From contig CAZNXM010000002.1 of the NCBI GenBank assembly GCA_964577145.1, positions 22,601 to 86,600 of the forward strand: DNA of 64,000 nt, given 5' to 3'. This document shows positions 18,579 through 30,888 of this stretch, one piece after another. The notes under the pieces were generated by a model. That model was not told where the DNA came from. It saw only the letters and a program-made list of their open reading frames with translations, and did no database searches. Position 1 is the stretch's first letter. Each line of letters opens with the position of its first letter. Both the position numbers and the translations under genes were made by a program. This DNA is from an uncultured Candidatus Poseidoniales archaeon. GTDB taxonomy: Archaea > Thermoplasmatota > Poseidoniia > Poseidoniales > Poseidoniaceae.

Positions 18579-19421
18579 TCAGTACTCTAGTAGTGTCCAA
18601 GCATCCCTAAGGTCTCGAACATTAACCAATCCTTTATCGGAAAGGCGGAATTCATTCCTTAGTGTTGCGTATACCAAACTCTGGTCCATAATTGGAGCAT
18701 GGATTCTCACCCAATCTCCTCCGCTATTTATCGACATCAGACTATGAGGCAAATCTTCGCCTTTCAGTGCGTGTGCGGCTTCTACAATTTGTAGTGCATC
18801 TCCGTGAGTATGGGAGGTTCCACAGAATTTCACAATATCTCCGGCACCGGTATTTTCCCTAACTATATTTGCAATGGTTTCGCTGTCTGGCATTCCATTG
18901 ATATCATGCCGAGATGCAATGATTTTGCACCCCTTTGCAGTTGCTGCTTTTTGCAACTTCTTTCGAGTTGCATCGGCGATTGATAATTCAAGGTCGATCC
19001 ATGATACTTCAGATTCTATGGCTGCTTCGAGGACACTAATTCTCTCTTCTTCAACACCTGGGAAGAAACCTCCTTCAGATACTGGACGGACAGTGAAAAT
19101 AACTGGCAAAGGGAGCGCTTCTTTCAGAGCAGAAATAGATGCTGAAACATCGACAGCGTCGAAATTATTAGTTTCCCAGTCGGTTTCTTCTGGAACCTTT
19201 GGACTCTCTCCTTCTTCCTCTTCAGAAATCACAGGATCGGGGCGGACAAGGAATAGCCTGTCGAATCTGACTTCGACCATGTCTGCACCAGCGAGATTTG
19301 CACGGGCAGCTTCATCGGTCAATTCCTCGACAGTAGTGCCATCGAGCGATACGCACACCTTTGGGTCAGCCATGATTGCGGCGACCTGCCCTTCATCATT
19401 AACGATTGCTATTTTATTCAT
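18579..19421 (-). CDS. aroD: 3-dehydroquinate dehydratase, type I, with an acidic insertion
   Basis: 'DMVEVRFDRL', 'PVIFTVRP', 'IIASRHDINGMP' and 'DIVKFCGT' match the type I DHQase pattern (E.R.D, SyHdf..tP, vKia). There is an inserted 'SEEEEGESPKVPEETDWE' segment. Confidence 0.6.
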   Translation of the reverse strand: MNKIAIVNDEGQVAAIMADPKVCVSLDGTTVEELTDEAARANLAGADMVEVRFDRLFLVRPDPVISEEEEGESPKVPEETDWETNNFDAVDVSASISALKEALPLPVIFTVRPVSEGGFFPGVEEERISVLEAAIESEVSWIDLELSIADATRKKLQKAATAKGCKIIASRHDINGMPDSETIANIVRENTGAGDIVKFCGTSHTHGDALQIVEAAHALKGEDLPHSLMSINSGGDWVRIHAPIMDQSLVYATLRNEFRLSDKGLVNVRDLRDAWTLLEY

Positions 19422-19695
19422 CCTTCAACACTTTAGTAAAAGTGGTGTTTTGACACTTCCTATAAGGAAAAAATCACTTCAAACTTCCACTTTTCAGACC
19501 CCCCCTCAGAGAGGTTGATATACCCCCTATACACACCTAGTAATTGGGTGCAGGAGGCACTCATGTAATCGCCGGACTGAGCGCCAAATTCTACGTATTT
19601 TCTCGACAAAAATCCAAGAAATAATAAGTTGCTATAATTCCGTCCAATAATGATAGATTACATGAGATTTTTTTAACTCAATAATACCCCGATAA

Positions 19696-21660
<1,965 letters not shown>

Positions 21661-21673
21661 GGAGGAAAATAAT

Positions 21674-24394
21674 ATGGAAACAGAAGATGATACTTCAGCA
21701 CCTGGTGGAGAACTACTTCCTCGTCGTCTGAATGAGGAGATGAAAACCAGTTACATCAATTATGCAATGTCGGTTATCATTGGACGTGCTTTACCTGATG
21801 CAAGAGATGGTCTAAAACCGGTTCACCGACGTGTTCTCTATGGTATGCATGAAGCAGGTCATACCCCCGAGAAGAGTTATTCAAAGTCAGCACGTTCTGT
21901 TGGAGAGGTTATGGGTAAATTCCATCCTCACGGAGACCAATCTATCTATGATACAATGGTGCGAATGGCTCAGGAGTTCTCATTGCGATATCCACTTGTA
22001 GACGGACAGGGTAACTTCGGTTCTATCGATGGTGACCCTCCTGCTGCAATGCGATATACAGAGAGTAGACTTGACCGTATTGCCAAGCACATGCTAGAAG
22101 ATATAGACAAGGACACAGTTCTGTTCCAACCCAATTTCGATGACTCGGAAATGGAGCCAACAGTTCTACCTTCACGCTTACCTAATTTACTCTTGAATGG
22201 AAGCGATGGAATTGCGGTTGGGATGGCTACAAAAATACCTCCGCACAATCTCAATGAGGTTGCTGATGCACTTAGGCTCCATGTGGACCGTATCATCGAA
22301 GAGGGTGAAGATTCTGGTGATGCGGACGCATTACCTAATATCGCAATCGATGAATATACACAGAAAATCACAGGACCAGATTTCCCTACTGGAGCTACCG
22401 TTTACGGGATTGATGGAATCTATGACATGTATTCAACTGGACATGGAAGATTCCATATTCGCTCCACATGCGAGGTTCTCGATGATAGCGAGGGTAAGAG
22501 AATTATCATTACCGAAATCCCATACCAGGTCAAGAAAGCAGCAATGCTCGAACATATTGCTGAATTAGTCACCAAGGAGATGGTAAAGGGTATTCGCGAT
22601 ATCAGAGATGAATCTTCGAAGGAAGGGATTCGTGTCGTTATTGAAATAAAGAATAATGCCGACCCCCATGCCGTACTAAATCAGTTATTCAAATCGAGCA
22701 GACTTCAAGAATCATATTCGGCAAACATGATGGGAATTGTTGATGGAAGGCCGGTTCTCCTAACACTGCCAGTAATGCTTCACACTCATGTACGCCATCG
22801 AGAGAGTGTAATCGAACGCAGAACTCAATTCAATCTCGGTAAGGCAGAGGCTAGAGCGCATATCCTCGAAGGATTGGTTAAGGCACAGGATCGTATTGAT
22901 GATGTAATCAAAGTCGGTCGAGCCAGTTCAAGTAGAGAGCAATTTGAGAATGTGCTGAAGGGCGATGAGAATATGTCGGGGATATCTCCGTTCGATTTCA
23001 CAGAACCTCAAGCGAAAGCAATTGCTGAGCGCCGACTTTACCAGTTATCACGTCTCGATGTTAAGAAGGTCCAGGATGAATATGATGACCTAATGGTTGT
23101 CATAACCGACCTCAAGGATATTCTTGGTTCACGTCGCCGCCGTCTCGACATCATGATGGATGAATTATCCGAACTTGTCGAAAGGCATGGTGATGAGCGT
23201 CGAACTCATGTTGACCCAATGCCGTTATCGATGGACCGTGAGGACCTTATCGCAGAACGAGCAATCGTCATCACTCTAACTAATGATAATTACATTCGTC
23301 ACTTGCCAGCCGAAGCATTCCGTATGCAAAATCGCGGTGGGAAGGGCATGAAGGGAGTATCGACCAAGAACGAGGATTTCCCAACGAGTCTGATTACTTG
23401 TTTCTCAAAGGATAGGTTGCTAATTTTCACCAATAGGCCAGCGACAAAAATGGTCAATGATGAGGAGAAACCATACATCGAAGGACGCGTATATGGTCTC
23501 AAGGCTTGGGAAACTCCTCAGGGTTCACGAACCTCAAGAGGTAGCCATATCAGGAATATTCTCGGTCTCAAAGATGATGAAACCGTAGTTTCAATTATCC
23601 CTCTTAAGCGCTCTTTAGCCGACGATTTAGAAAATCAAGAAAAGGAACATTACCTTGCATTTGCTACCCGGAAGGGAGTAATCAAGAAGAGCAAACTTTC
23701 CGAGTATATCAAGATAAATCGAAATGGAAAGAAAGCGATAAACCTTGCAGCGGAAGATGAACTTGTTGCCGTCAGGGTAGGAACCGATAGTCACGATGTG
23801 GTATTGGTCTCCAATAATGGACGAGCTTGCCGTTTCGACCTCGGATCAGTTAGATCTCAAGGACGTGTATCAAGTGGCGTTCGTGGAATCAGGCTCGATG
23901 ATGATTGCATTCTTTCTGGTATGATAATGGCAGAGAAGGATGAATTCAATGATACACATGTTTTGACTTTGACTAAGCAGGGAATGGGTAAGCGTACGAT
24001 ACTAGGTAGCGGCATGATGTTTGATTCTGAAGGAATTGAAGTAGAAGCTGGAACCGAAGGTGCCAAGCGTGATGGTTACCGCCGTGTCAAACGCGGTGGA
24101 AAAGGAGTTAGGACAATGAACTTCAACGATGGAGATGAAATCTCTAGAGTACATCAAGTTCCAAATCTCGAGGACCAGTTATTCTTGCTATCGGGCAAGG
24201 GCGTCGTAATTCGAATCAATGCTGGACAAACCAAGGAAACCGCTGGACGTGTCTCAAAGGGGACACGGTTGATGGAATTACGAGCCAAGGATAAATCTTC
24301 ATTTATTGATGAATTAATCTACAGTGCTCGAATGCCTGCAGAATTAGCAGAACAAATCATGACAGAGAAGTCCTCCTCTTCCGAAGAGGAGTGA
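21674..24394 (+). CDS. gyrA: DNA gyrase subunit A
   Basis: The ORF track starts at TTG 21650, inside the gyrB end. The ATG at 21674 is preceded by gaggagg. It carries '[28 protein letters not shown]', the active-site '[10 protein letters not shown]' and the GyrA box '[10 protein letters not shown]'. Confidence 0.95.
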   Translation: METEDDTSAPGGELLPRRLNEEMKTSYINYAMSVIIGRALPDARDGLKPVHRRVLYGMHEAGHTPEKSYSKSARSVGEVMGKFHPHGDQSIYDTMVRMAQEFSLRYPLVDGQGNFGSIDGDPPAAMRYTESRLDRIAKHMLEDIDKDTVLFQPNFDDSEMEPTVLPSRLPNLLLNGSDGIAVGMATKIPPHNLNEVADALRLHVDRIIEEGEDSGDADALPNIAIDEYTQKITGPDFPTGATVYGIDGIYDMYSTGHGRFHIRSTCEVLDDSEGKRIIITEIPYQVKKAAMLEHIAELVTKEMVKGIRDIRDESSKEGIRVVIEIKNNADPHAVLNQLFKSSRLQESYSANMMGIVDGRPVLLTLPVMLHTHVRHRESVIERRTQFNLGKAEARAHILEGLVKAQDRIDDVIKVGRASSSREQFENVLKGDENMSGISPFDFTEPQAKAIAERRLYQLSRLDVKKVQDEYDDLMVVITDLKDILGSRRRRLDIMMDELSELVERHGDERRTHVDPMPLSMDREDLIAERAIVITLTNDNYIRHLPAEAFRMQNRGGKGMKGVSTKNEDFPTSLITCFSKDRLLIFTNRPATKMVNDEEKPYIEGRVYGLKAWETPQGSRTSRGSHIRNILGLKDDETVVSIIPLKRSLADDLENQEKEHYLAFATRKGVIKKSKLSEYIKINRNGKKAINLAAEDELVAVRVGTDSHDVVLVSNNGRACRFDLGSVRSQGRVSSGVRGIRLDDDCILSGMIMAEKDEFNDTHVLTLTKQGMGKRTILGSGMMFDSEGIEVEAGTEGAKRDGYRRVKRGGKGVRTMNFNDGDEISRVHQVPNLEDQLFLLSGKGVVIRINAGQTKETAGRVSKGTRLMELRAKDKSSFIDELIYSARMPAELAEQIMTEKSSSSEEE
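24373..24391 (+). terminator. perfect 8-bp stem-loop overlapping the last gyrA codons, possible terminator element
   Basis: ctcctctt-ccg-aagaggag ends 1 nt before the TGA stop. A second, imperfect hairpin (ggggagcg...cgctttcc) lies at 24439-24462. Function is unproven, because Ser/Glu codons are naturally self-complementary. Confidence 0.2.
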
Positions 24395-24478
24395 ATTTCA
24401 GCCAAGGGTTCAAACGCTGTAGGCTCATCTGGACAAACGGGGAGCGTGTTTTCGCGCTTTCCAGTCTGGTGATTCAGA

Positions 24479-25738
24479 ATGGATGAACGGAGTCTAATAC
24501 ACGATTGGAATCTGGTTGATTATGAGTATACACGTGATGCCAATAATCATCCACATGGCGTTTGGTTTGATGATGAGACCTTGAGAGATGGACTCCAGAG
24601 CCCAAGCGCTTTGAATCCAAGTATCGAGCAGAAGATTGAACTTCTATCCTATATGGAAAGACTCGGAATCCAAAAGGTCGATTTAGGTCTTCCAGGTGCT
24701 GGTCCCTTTCATCGTTCACATATCGATGCAATGGTTTCTCACATTATAGAAAATGACTACCAAATAAGACCCGGTGCTGCGGTTCGTACTCTGATGGGAG
24801 ATATTGAACCACTTGTGGAAATGCAAGAAAAACACGGTGTTCCTATTCAGGCAAGCGCATTCCTTGGAACTTCACCAATTCGGCAATTTACCGAAGGATG
24901 GACTATGGAAAAACTAGTTTCAACTATGGAAAAAGCAGTTTCCTATGCGGTTGAAAATGATGTTCCTGTAATGTTCGTCACCGAAGATACAACACGTTCG
25001 AAACCCGAAGATGTGAAACTGATCTATCAAAGAGCAATGGACCTAGGTGTTCGCCGGCTATGCGTTTGCGATACTTGTGGCCATGTAACGCCAAATGGCG
25101 TTAAGCAATTGTTGTCCTTTGTTGATGAGGAAGTCATCAAAGACGGCGGATATCAACGCAGAGATATCGAAGTAAATTGGCATGGACACCAAGACCGTGG
25201 ATTAGGAGTTGCAAATAATATCGCTGCAGTAGAGGCTGGAGCTGATGTGCTTCACGGTACAGCATTAGGCGTAGGAGAGCGCGCTGGAAATGCGCCACTC
25301 GACCAAACTCTAGTCAACCTCTCACTGATGGGCGTCATTGAAAACGACCTAACTCTCCTCAATGAATACGTTCACAAAGCGAATGAATACATCAAAGTCC
25401 CTCTACCTCGAAACTACCCCGTTTTCGGTGAAGATGCATTTGAGACTGGTACTGGGGTGCATGCAAGTGCGGTAATCAAGGCTATGCGAAAAGGTGACCA
25501 TTGGCTTGCTGACAGGGTCTATTCAGGAGTACCTGCAGCTGATTTTGGTTTGCAGCAAGTGATTAGAGTCGGACATATGTCCGGTCGCTCCAATATACAT
25601 TGGTGGTTGGAACAGAATGGAATAGAGGCTACGGATGAACTTGTAGCTCATCTCTTTGAGGTGGCAAAAAGCCAGCCAAGAAATATGGAAGACTTTGAGA
25701 TTGAGCAAGCGATTGCAGAATTCAACGAAAGTGCTTGA
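24479..25738 (+). CDS. HMGL-like / 2-isopropylmalate-homocitrate-citramalate synthase family protein (catalytic domain only)
   Basis: Carries 'DDETLRDGLQSP' and 'HGHQDRGLGVANNIAAVEAGADVLHGTALGVGERAGNAPLDQ', typical DRE-TIM metallolyase motifs. No LeuA-type regulatory domain is apparent. Confidence 0.7.
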   Translation: MDERSLIHDWNLVDYEYTRDANNHPHGVWFDDETLRDGLQSPSALNPSIEQKIELLSYMERLGIQKVDLGLPGAGPFHRSHIDAMVSHIIENDYQIRPGAAVRTLMGDIEPLVEMQEKHGVPIQASAFLGTSPIRQFTEGWTMEKLVSTMEKAVSYAVENDVPVMFVTEDTTRSKPEDVKLIYQRAMDLGVRRLCVCDTCGHVTPNGVKQLLSFVDEEVIKDGGYQRRDIEVNWHGHQDRGLGVANNIAAVEAGADVLHGTALGVGERAGNAPLDQTLVNLSLMGVIENDLTLLNEYVHKANEYIKVPLPRNYPVFGEDAFETGTGVHASAVIKAMRKGDHWLADRVYSGVPAADFGLQQVIRVGHMSGRSNIHWWLEQNGIEATDELVAHLFEVAKSQPRNMEDFEIEQAIAEFNESA

Positions 25739-27040
25739 TCAAGAATCTTCTTGCTCGGTTTCCTCGGCATTAACTTCACGCCATTCAGCGTCCACAGAGC
25801 CGCCTGACCATTCACCCTCAACGTCGATTTCAACCATTTCTTCATCGTCCTCTTCACGCCAAATTGGCTCTCCTTGGCTTCCATTTACGATTAGTCGGCC
25901 TAGGTCATCCAATTGTGTTCTAAGCAACTCCATATGTTTGGATATTGGTAGGAAGTGACCTACAGGCATACCCGCATTAACGAATGGATTTGTCGCTGTA
26001 CAAATCATCAAACCATCTTCAGGTGCAACGATATCTACGCTGAGTCCCGGAGTACCAGGGTCTGAAATCGTGGCAACGACATCACCACGTGCGACTACGC
26101 TTCCGGGGGCTACGAACATATCGAGCAATCCACCTTCGCCCGCCCTCAACCATGTGGAGCCGCCAGCATTCAATCGGAAGCGAGGTCTTACCGGATTACC
26201 GGAGATTACTTTCAGGGCCTTCAGAACATTCAAACAACCGTGAACTGCAACCTTTACTGCAGATTGGTCGAGCCAATTAGCCCCTCCACCCTCATAGGTA
26301 ATCGAAGCGATATCCATTTTGTTTGCTATTCTTCTCATACTACCTTTTGGGGGCCGACTGTCGAGAATCAATTCGATTCCGAAAGCCTTTGCGAGAAGAT
26401 TTGATGCAGGATGCGATAGGTCTCCTCGAACTTGAGGCATATTTGAGCGACCTTGTGCAGCACTATGTAAATCGATAATCACATCTGAACCATCGATAAG
26501 ATTCCTTGTGACGGTATCTGCTACTCTAGAAGTAGTCGTTCCTTTTGGTTTGCCTGGGAAGTTTCTATTGAGGTCTCGACCATCAGGGAAATAACGAGAT
26601 TTCATTCTATAACCCGGGAGATTGAGGACTGGTACGATACGTACAGTCCCTGCCATGGTCGAAGGGTCTAATGAACCATCAGGTCCAGTAAATGTCTGTG
26701 AAAGAAGGTTGGTACAAGCACTAGGCCCAGTTAGTTCATCACCATGTGTTCCACCGATAATGGTGACCACTGGCCCGGGGCGGACTCCATGAAATACCGT
26801 AATGGGGATGGGCCATCTATCGCCAAGATCCACATCGAGAAGAGGCATCATGATAGTTCTCATTTCACCTGGTTTTACGCGTTTGCGGAAAAATCTGATT
26901 TCCTTCCACTCCATCCCTCTATCCCAATCAGGTCTACCACCCGATTCGTGCTCCTCCAATGCCTTTTTGATGGCCAAACGACGTGGTTTGGGAAGCTCAT
27001 GAGCAACCCTAACTCGTCTCTTCTTTCCGGCCATGTACAT
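25739..27040 (-). CDS. succinylglutamate desuccinylase/aspartoacylase (AstE/AspA) family zinc deacylase with an acidic C-terminal tail
   Basis: Carries 'VVTIIGGTHGDELTG', 'DLNRNFPG' and 'VIIDLHSA'. The C-terminus is EEDDEEMVEIDVEGEW...EETEQEDS. Confidence 0.65.
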   Translation of the reverse strand: MYMAGKKRRVRVAHELPKPRRLAIKKALEEHESGGRPDWDRGMEWKEIRFFRKRVKPGEMRTIMMPLLDVDLGDRWPIPITVFHGVRPGPVVTIIGGTHGDELTGPSACTNLLSQTFTGPDGSLDPSTMAGTVRIVPVLNLPGYRMKSRYFPDGRDLNRNFPGKPKGTTTSRVADTVTRNLIDGSDVIIDLHSAAQGRSNMPQVRGDLSHPASNLLAKAFGIELILDSRPPKGSMRRIANKMDIASITYEGGGANWLDQSAVKVAVHGCLNVLKALKVISGNPVRPRFRLNAGGSTWLRAGEGGLLDMFVAPGSVVARGDVVATISDPGTPGLSVDIVAPEDGLMICTATNPFVNAGMPVGHFLPISKHMELLRTQLDDLGRLIVNGSQGEPIWREEDDEEMVEIDVEGEWSGGSVDAEWREVNAEETEQEDS

Positions 27041-27111
27041 ACCACTAGCATCGAGGACATCAAGATGATGGCCATCGGAATCGAAATCAACCTTCGGCTA
27101 CAGGGCGTGGT

Positions 27112-27576
27112 ATGGAAGATGGTGTTCAGCGAAAATATGCTCCCACTTCGATTTGCTTTGGGTGTGGGCCAGCAAATGAGAAAGGCCTTCAAATCGACTC
27201 ACATCGATGTGATGAAGGCCTCGAACTCAGATTCACACCCTATGAGGAGCATCAGGCCTTTCCTGGAATGATTAATGGCGGAATAATCGGCACATTGCTA
27301 GACTGTCATGGTAATTGGACAGCGGCAATTGCATTGATGGATGAAAATAATCTAGACGAGCCACCGTGTACTGTTACTGCAAAATACACGGTGAAATTGC
27401 GTCGCCCAACACCATTGGGCGAAGAACTCCATATCATTGGCCGGGTTGAGGAGATCTCTGAAGACCGGGCAACAATCTCCCTTACCATGACTGCTGCAGG
27501 AAAAGTATGCGCTACAGGTAGTGGTCTATTCGTAGCGGTAAAGGAAGGACATCCTGCATATCATCGGTGGTCGTAA
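27112..27576 (+). CDS. hotdog-fold thioesterase (PaaI-like)
   Basis: 'CFGCGPANEKGLQI...FPGMINGGIIGTLLDCHGNW' is typical of PaaI/4HBT-type thioesterases. Confidence 0.6.
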   Translation: MEDGVQRKYAPTSICFGCGPANEKGLQIDSHRCDEGLELRFTPYEEHQAFPGMINGGIIGTLLDCHGNWTAAIALMDENNLDEPPCTVTAKYTVKLRRPTPLGEELHIIGRVEEISEDRATISLTMTAAGKVCATGSGLFVAVKEGHPAYHRWS

Positions 27577-28116
27577 ATGGTACGACCCGACAGTGCTCAA
27601 CTCATCGCTCTTGAAGGACTTCGAGATTTTGTAATTGAGGTAATGTCGGCAATGAATGAATGGAGTGAGGAATCACTTACTCAATTAACGAGTCTTGATT
27701 TAGGTGTTCTTAGAAGTAATGCGACACAACGCCACGGTGTTACTAGATGGAAGCGAGGGATCACCGAACCTTCTGGGCCGGAAGATGTCGATGTTATCGA
27801 TATTCATCCAATGTTACTGAATGGTGATTGGATGCCATATGGTGGCTGGGTAATGCATCATGAGTTCATCCATGCCCTTGGACATCTACCTCATGATTCA
27901 GAATTTAGAAGGCTTGAACATCTCTGGCCATCAGCTGAAGCAGGAGAAATGGGCCGCAAGTTCACAGAATACTTGCGCCACCAAAAAGCGAGATATCTTT
28001 GGGTATGTCCCAGTTGCTCGAAGGAGCATCCACGGCAGAAAGCAGGAAAGGGCAAATATCTCTGCAGAGAGTGTAGAAAGCCTTTGATCGATGTGCGCAT
28101 TGAGCCGGCAAAGTGA
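27577..28116 (+). CDS. SprT-like zinc metalloprotease with C-terminal zinc ribbon
   Basis: Carries 'VMHHEFIHALGH' (HEXXH) and 'CPSCSKEH...CRECRKPL' (CxxC...CxxC). Its ATG directly abuts the upstream TAA (taaATG). Confidence 0.5.
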   Translation: MVRPDSAQLIALEGLRDFVIEVMSAMNEWSEESLTQLTSLDLGVLRSNATQRHGVTRWKRGITEPSGPEDVDVIDIHPMLLNGDWMPYGGWVMHHEFIHALGHLPHDSEFRRLEHLWPSAEAGEMGRKFTEYLRHQKARYLWVCPSCSKEHPRQKAGKGKYLCRECRKPLIDVRIEPAK

Positions 28117-28142
28117 ATACTGCAGAACCTACGGTTCTGGAT

Positions 28143-30164
28143 ATGAAGGGGCAAATATCTCTGTTCCTCCTGTTTTTGTTGGTCGCACCTATTGCAAGTG
28201 CATCGATAGACGTCGGCGAAGATGGTGGGGACCTTTGGCTCTCGTGCCACTCCCTTGAAAATTGTGAATTAACCGAAGTTCCGATTGGCGAAGAGTCGAT
28301 TGGAGATCAGGTTTCAACCGCCTCACCATTTTCTCCAACCCGAGTGATTTTGGAATTTCCGATGTTTCCAGCACAAGATAAAGTCGCTTTGATTCCTGAT
28401 GTGATTAGGGAAATAGAAATCGATTTGCGCTATCAAGATGACGTAGTAGGTGTGTCGAGGCCTGATTTACGCCTGACTCTAATCATCGATGACAAAACAA
28501 AGGTCATAGATTTCGAAGGGGATTCTAATCCGCTAGATGGTATCGACGGGCCACACCGAGTCGAAGATGAGCCTCTCAATCTCGATGGAGAGAGGCTGTT
28601 ATGGCCCGGAGAAGTGGTCAAGGTGTTGCTCGAATTCGAACTGGAAAGGCCAGGGAATTGGGAACTTCATCTCAGAGGTTCATCATTGGTTGGACTCGAT
28701 ATTATCTGGGCAGAAGATATGGCTGGACGAGATGTTGACGAGCCTTCTACCGATGCATCACCGCGCAGCACTGAGTTTGAAACAAATCACTATGGGGCAT
28801 TGGTTGAGGACGACCGTGACTGCTGGTCGTTTGAGATTGGCGAACATGAAATTATGAGAGTGATTTTCGATTGGGAAGGAGTTCCGGAAGAGATTTCTCA
28901 ATCACATGGACAGCCCGACCTGATACTTCCAGACCGTAGAATGGCTCCGAGTCCAGCAGTACAGACCACTCAAGATGACGATGGAACCCGAATAATCTGG
29001 CAATGGAGGGCACTACCTACTGGAACACATACGATGTGTATTGGAGGAAAGTTAGATGCATTTCAGCCATATAATTGGGCTGGAATGATTGCATTCGAAG
29101 GGATTGGGCCAATAACTCCAGATGATTTCACCGGTGAAGCAGTACATGTCACAAATCTCTCTATTGTTGGTTCAGAATCTAATTCTGAGCCCCTTGAAGC
29201 CTCTTCTGGGGCAATGATTCTAATTCTTTCAATGGCGATGCTATTAGGCCTATTTTTCGAGATGCGGCTCGATACAACCTCCTCTTCGATTAGATATGGG
29301 TTATTTATTCCTGGAGTTCTTGTATTATTAGCAGGAGGAATCATTTCTCCGATGTGGGCGATGAGTGGGCAAGCACAGGATTCCGATGAAATGAATCTTG
29401 ATGAATTACTCGATAATAGATTGAATCAGTTGTGGCATGCTTCACATCCAAGCACACCTGCATCAACTAGAGCATTGCATGTAGGTACTACAATGGGAAT
29501 GTTAGATGGTGAAACTCTGCAATTGCGAATAGAGGTAGATTATGCCTTACCACTTGATGACGGTCGGTGGCAACTTCATGTCCCTGCAATAGATGAGATA
29601 GAACTAGATCGTTTGATATTTACAAAATTGGCGGATAAAGGGTCCAGTACTGCATCTGGTTCAAATTTGGATGAGCATTCAAAGTCGTTTATTTTGACAT
29701 CTGGTAGAAGCTTAATGCTCGATATGATTATGCTACAAGCATTATTGGTCGTCGATGAATTGCCAGATTCAAATATCGTCCATTTGGATATAGAAATGGT
29801 TGCTTCTCCAGCCCTTGGAGGGGTACAGAACCCCGCTTGGGCAACACGTCCTGCAAGCATTACTGAAAATCAATGGCGTGTGATGCAAGACATTCTCACT
29901 CCAGTGAAAATGGCAGTGACGATTTTGGATGACGATATCGACGCGCTTCACATTCTCGTGGAACATGACACTTTCATCCCCCATTCAAACCTCATTACAG
30001 TAGAAGGAGTAAATCCAGTTGCAACATTGGTCCCCAACCAATACATGTGGGTGATATGCGGGCTAGGTTTAGCTGTTGGCGCAATCATTCTAGAAAGCAA
30101 AAGGCGCCGCAGAGCAAAAGATTTGCTCACCGATTGGTTTGGCGAAAACAATTGGACTGATTAG
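28143..30164 (+). CDS. large secreted/membrane protein of unknown function
   Basis: The ORF track starts at GTG 28113. The ATG at 28143 gives a signal peptide, MKGQISLFLLFLLVAPIASAS. There are internal TM helices (AMILILSMAMLLGLFF, LFIPGVLVLLAGGII) and a C-terminal TM plus 'KRRRRAK'. Confidence 0.4.
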   Translation: MKGQISLFLLFLLVAPIASASIDVGEDGGDLWLSCHSLENCELTEVPIGEESIGDQVSTASPFSPTRVILEFPMFPAQDKVALIPDVIREIEIDLRYQDDVVGVSRPDLRLTLIIDDKTKVIDFEGDSNPLDGIDGPHRVEDEPLNLDGERLLWPGEVVKVLLEFELERPGNWELHLRGSSLVGLDIIWAEDMAGRDVDEPSTDASPRSTEFETNHYGALVEDDRDCWSFEIGEHEIMRVIFDWEGVPEEISQSHGQPDLILPDRRMAPSPAVQTTQDDDGTRIIWQWRALPTGTHTMCIGGKLDAFQPYNWAGMIAFEGIGPITPDDFTGEAVHVTNLSIVGSESNSEPLEASSGAMILILSMAMLLGLFFEMRLDTTSSSIRYGLFIPGVLVLLAGGIISPMWAMSGQAQDSDEMNLDELLDNRLNQLWHASHPSTPASTRALHVGTTMGMLDGETLQLRIEVDYALPLDDGRWQLHVPAIDEIELDRLIFTKLADKGSSTASGSNLDEHSKSFILTSGRSLMLDMIMLQALLVVDELPDSNIVHLDIEMVASPALGGVQNPAWATRPASITENQWRVMQDILTPVKMAVTILDDDIDALHILVEHDTFIPHSNLITVEGVNPVATLVPNQYMWVICGLGLAVGAIILESKRRRRAKDLLTDWFGENNWTD

Positions 30165-30802
30165 AGAGATTCAAGAATCTTCTTTGCATCAGAACCAATG
30201 TCGCCACTGTCGAGTGCCTTGGCGAGTTTGGTCTTCTTTGCCTTTGATAGACCAGCAGCATCTGCGGCCTTCTCAATCATTTCTCGCTCATCATCGCTGA
30301 CCTCTCCATCTGCCAGTGCAGACTTGATCGCTCCTTCTAGTGCGAGTTTAGATGCTTCTTCATCCGAGATTCCGAGAGCAGCCTGAATCGTCTTTAGTTC
30401 GGACAATTCTTCATCGCTGAGATGTCCATCTTCAAATGCGGCTTCATATTCTTTGACAAGGAAATCGGTATAGGCTTCTGGATTTAGTAGAACATCTCTA
30501 ATCAGGCCGTGGTCAACACTACCTTGGCGACCACTCATCTCGAGAAGTACGATAGATTTGCGAACTTCTTTGATTGCCATGTCTTTGAGTCCATGTGCGG
30601 CCCACATTATGCCCGCTACCATTACCGCAGCAGCGAACCAGCGCATCACATCAACATCGACAAGGTCACCTGGTGAAATCAATTGGAAAAGGCCAATAAC
30701 AGCGAGCAGTGAACCGCATATTACCTCAAACCAATCGTTCAAATCGGGCTCGTCTTCGAATACCGATAGGCGCTCGTCGATGGCTTGGTCGTCGTCTGAC
30801 AT
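30161..30802 (-). CDS. membrane-anchored protein with two TerB-like (tellurite-resistance-type) repeats
   Basis: Has two N-terminal TM helices, then 'DGHLSDEELSELKTIQAALGISDEEASKL' and 'DGEVSDDEREMIEKAADAAGLSKAK', a TerB-like 'DG.i...E...l..ia..lgl' pattern. Confidence 0.4.
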   Translation of the reverse strand: MSDDDQAIDERLSVFEDEPDLNDWFEVICGSLLAVIGLFQLISPGDLVDVDVMRWFAAAVMVAGIMWAAHGLKDMAIKEVRKSIVLLEMSGRQGSVDHGLIRDVLLNPEAYTDFLVKEYEAAFEDGHLSDEELSELKTIQAALGISDEEASKLALEGAIKSALADGEVSDDEREMIEKAADAAGLSKAKKTKLAKALDSGDIGSDAKKILESL

Positions 30803-30888
30803 TGGGACCTCACGGTTGGACGCACTCCTTGAGGGTGTCGATTCATCTTAGGATGAACTTTTGGACTGTTGGCCGCCACTATCGGAGC

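Noticed and set aside
18874-19518. Long antisense ORFs in the six-frame track. Examples are 18874..19518 (214 aa, opposite aroD), 52414..53079 (221 aa, opposite mutL), 37939..38448 and 37495..37926 (opposite RPA), 59576..60076 (opposite the PPDK-N-like gene), 6347..6817 (opposite the HEAT protein), and 1841..2170 and 1825..2058 (opposite the acidic repeat).
   Set aside because: Each lies entirely within a well-supported gene on the other strand. Their composition is low-complexity and Ser/Arg/Leu-rich, typical of shadow frames, and none shows a recognisable motif or start context.
21674-24394. Possible intein or mobile insertion explaining the extra length of GyrA, and similarly of Hel308 and the 974-aa protein.
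   Set aside because: There are no intein splicing blocks: no Cys/Ser-initiated block A, no TxxH block B and no terminal HN plus Cys/Ser/Thr. There are no homing-endonuclease LAGLIDADG motifs either. The extra residues are short acidic or low-complexity segments.
24406-24415. 'gggttcaaac' after gyrA resembles a tRNA T-arm/T-loop.
   Set aside because: No complementary T-stem, acceptor stem or anticodon arm can be drawn around it. I could not fold any intergenic spacer in the window into a cloverleaf.
30709-30888. N-terminal extensions offered by the ORF track: Hel308 from 30709, MutS to 55816, L10e from 56907, pilin from 48369, HemC-like to 46338, MoaA to 50054, GyrA from TTG 21650, and Cgi121 from TTG 33408.
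   Set aside because: The extensions overlap neighbouring well-supported genes or precede canonical family N-termini (MTKRGMMDQY for MutS, MARKPAKMYR for L10e, the VSPVI leader for the pilin). Internal ATGs with GGAGG-like motifs fit better.
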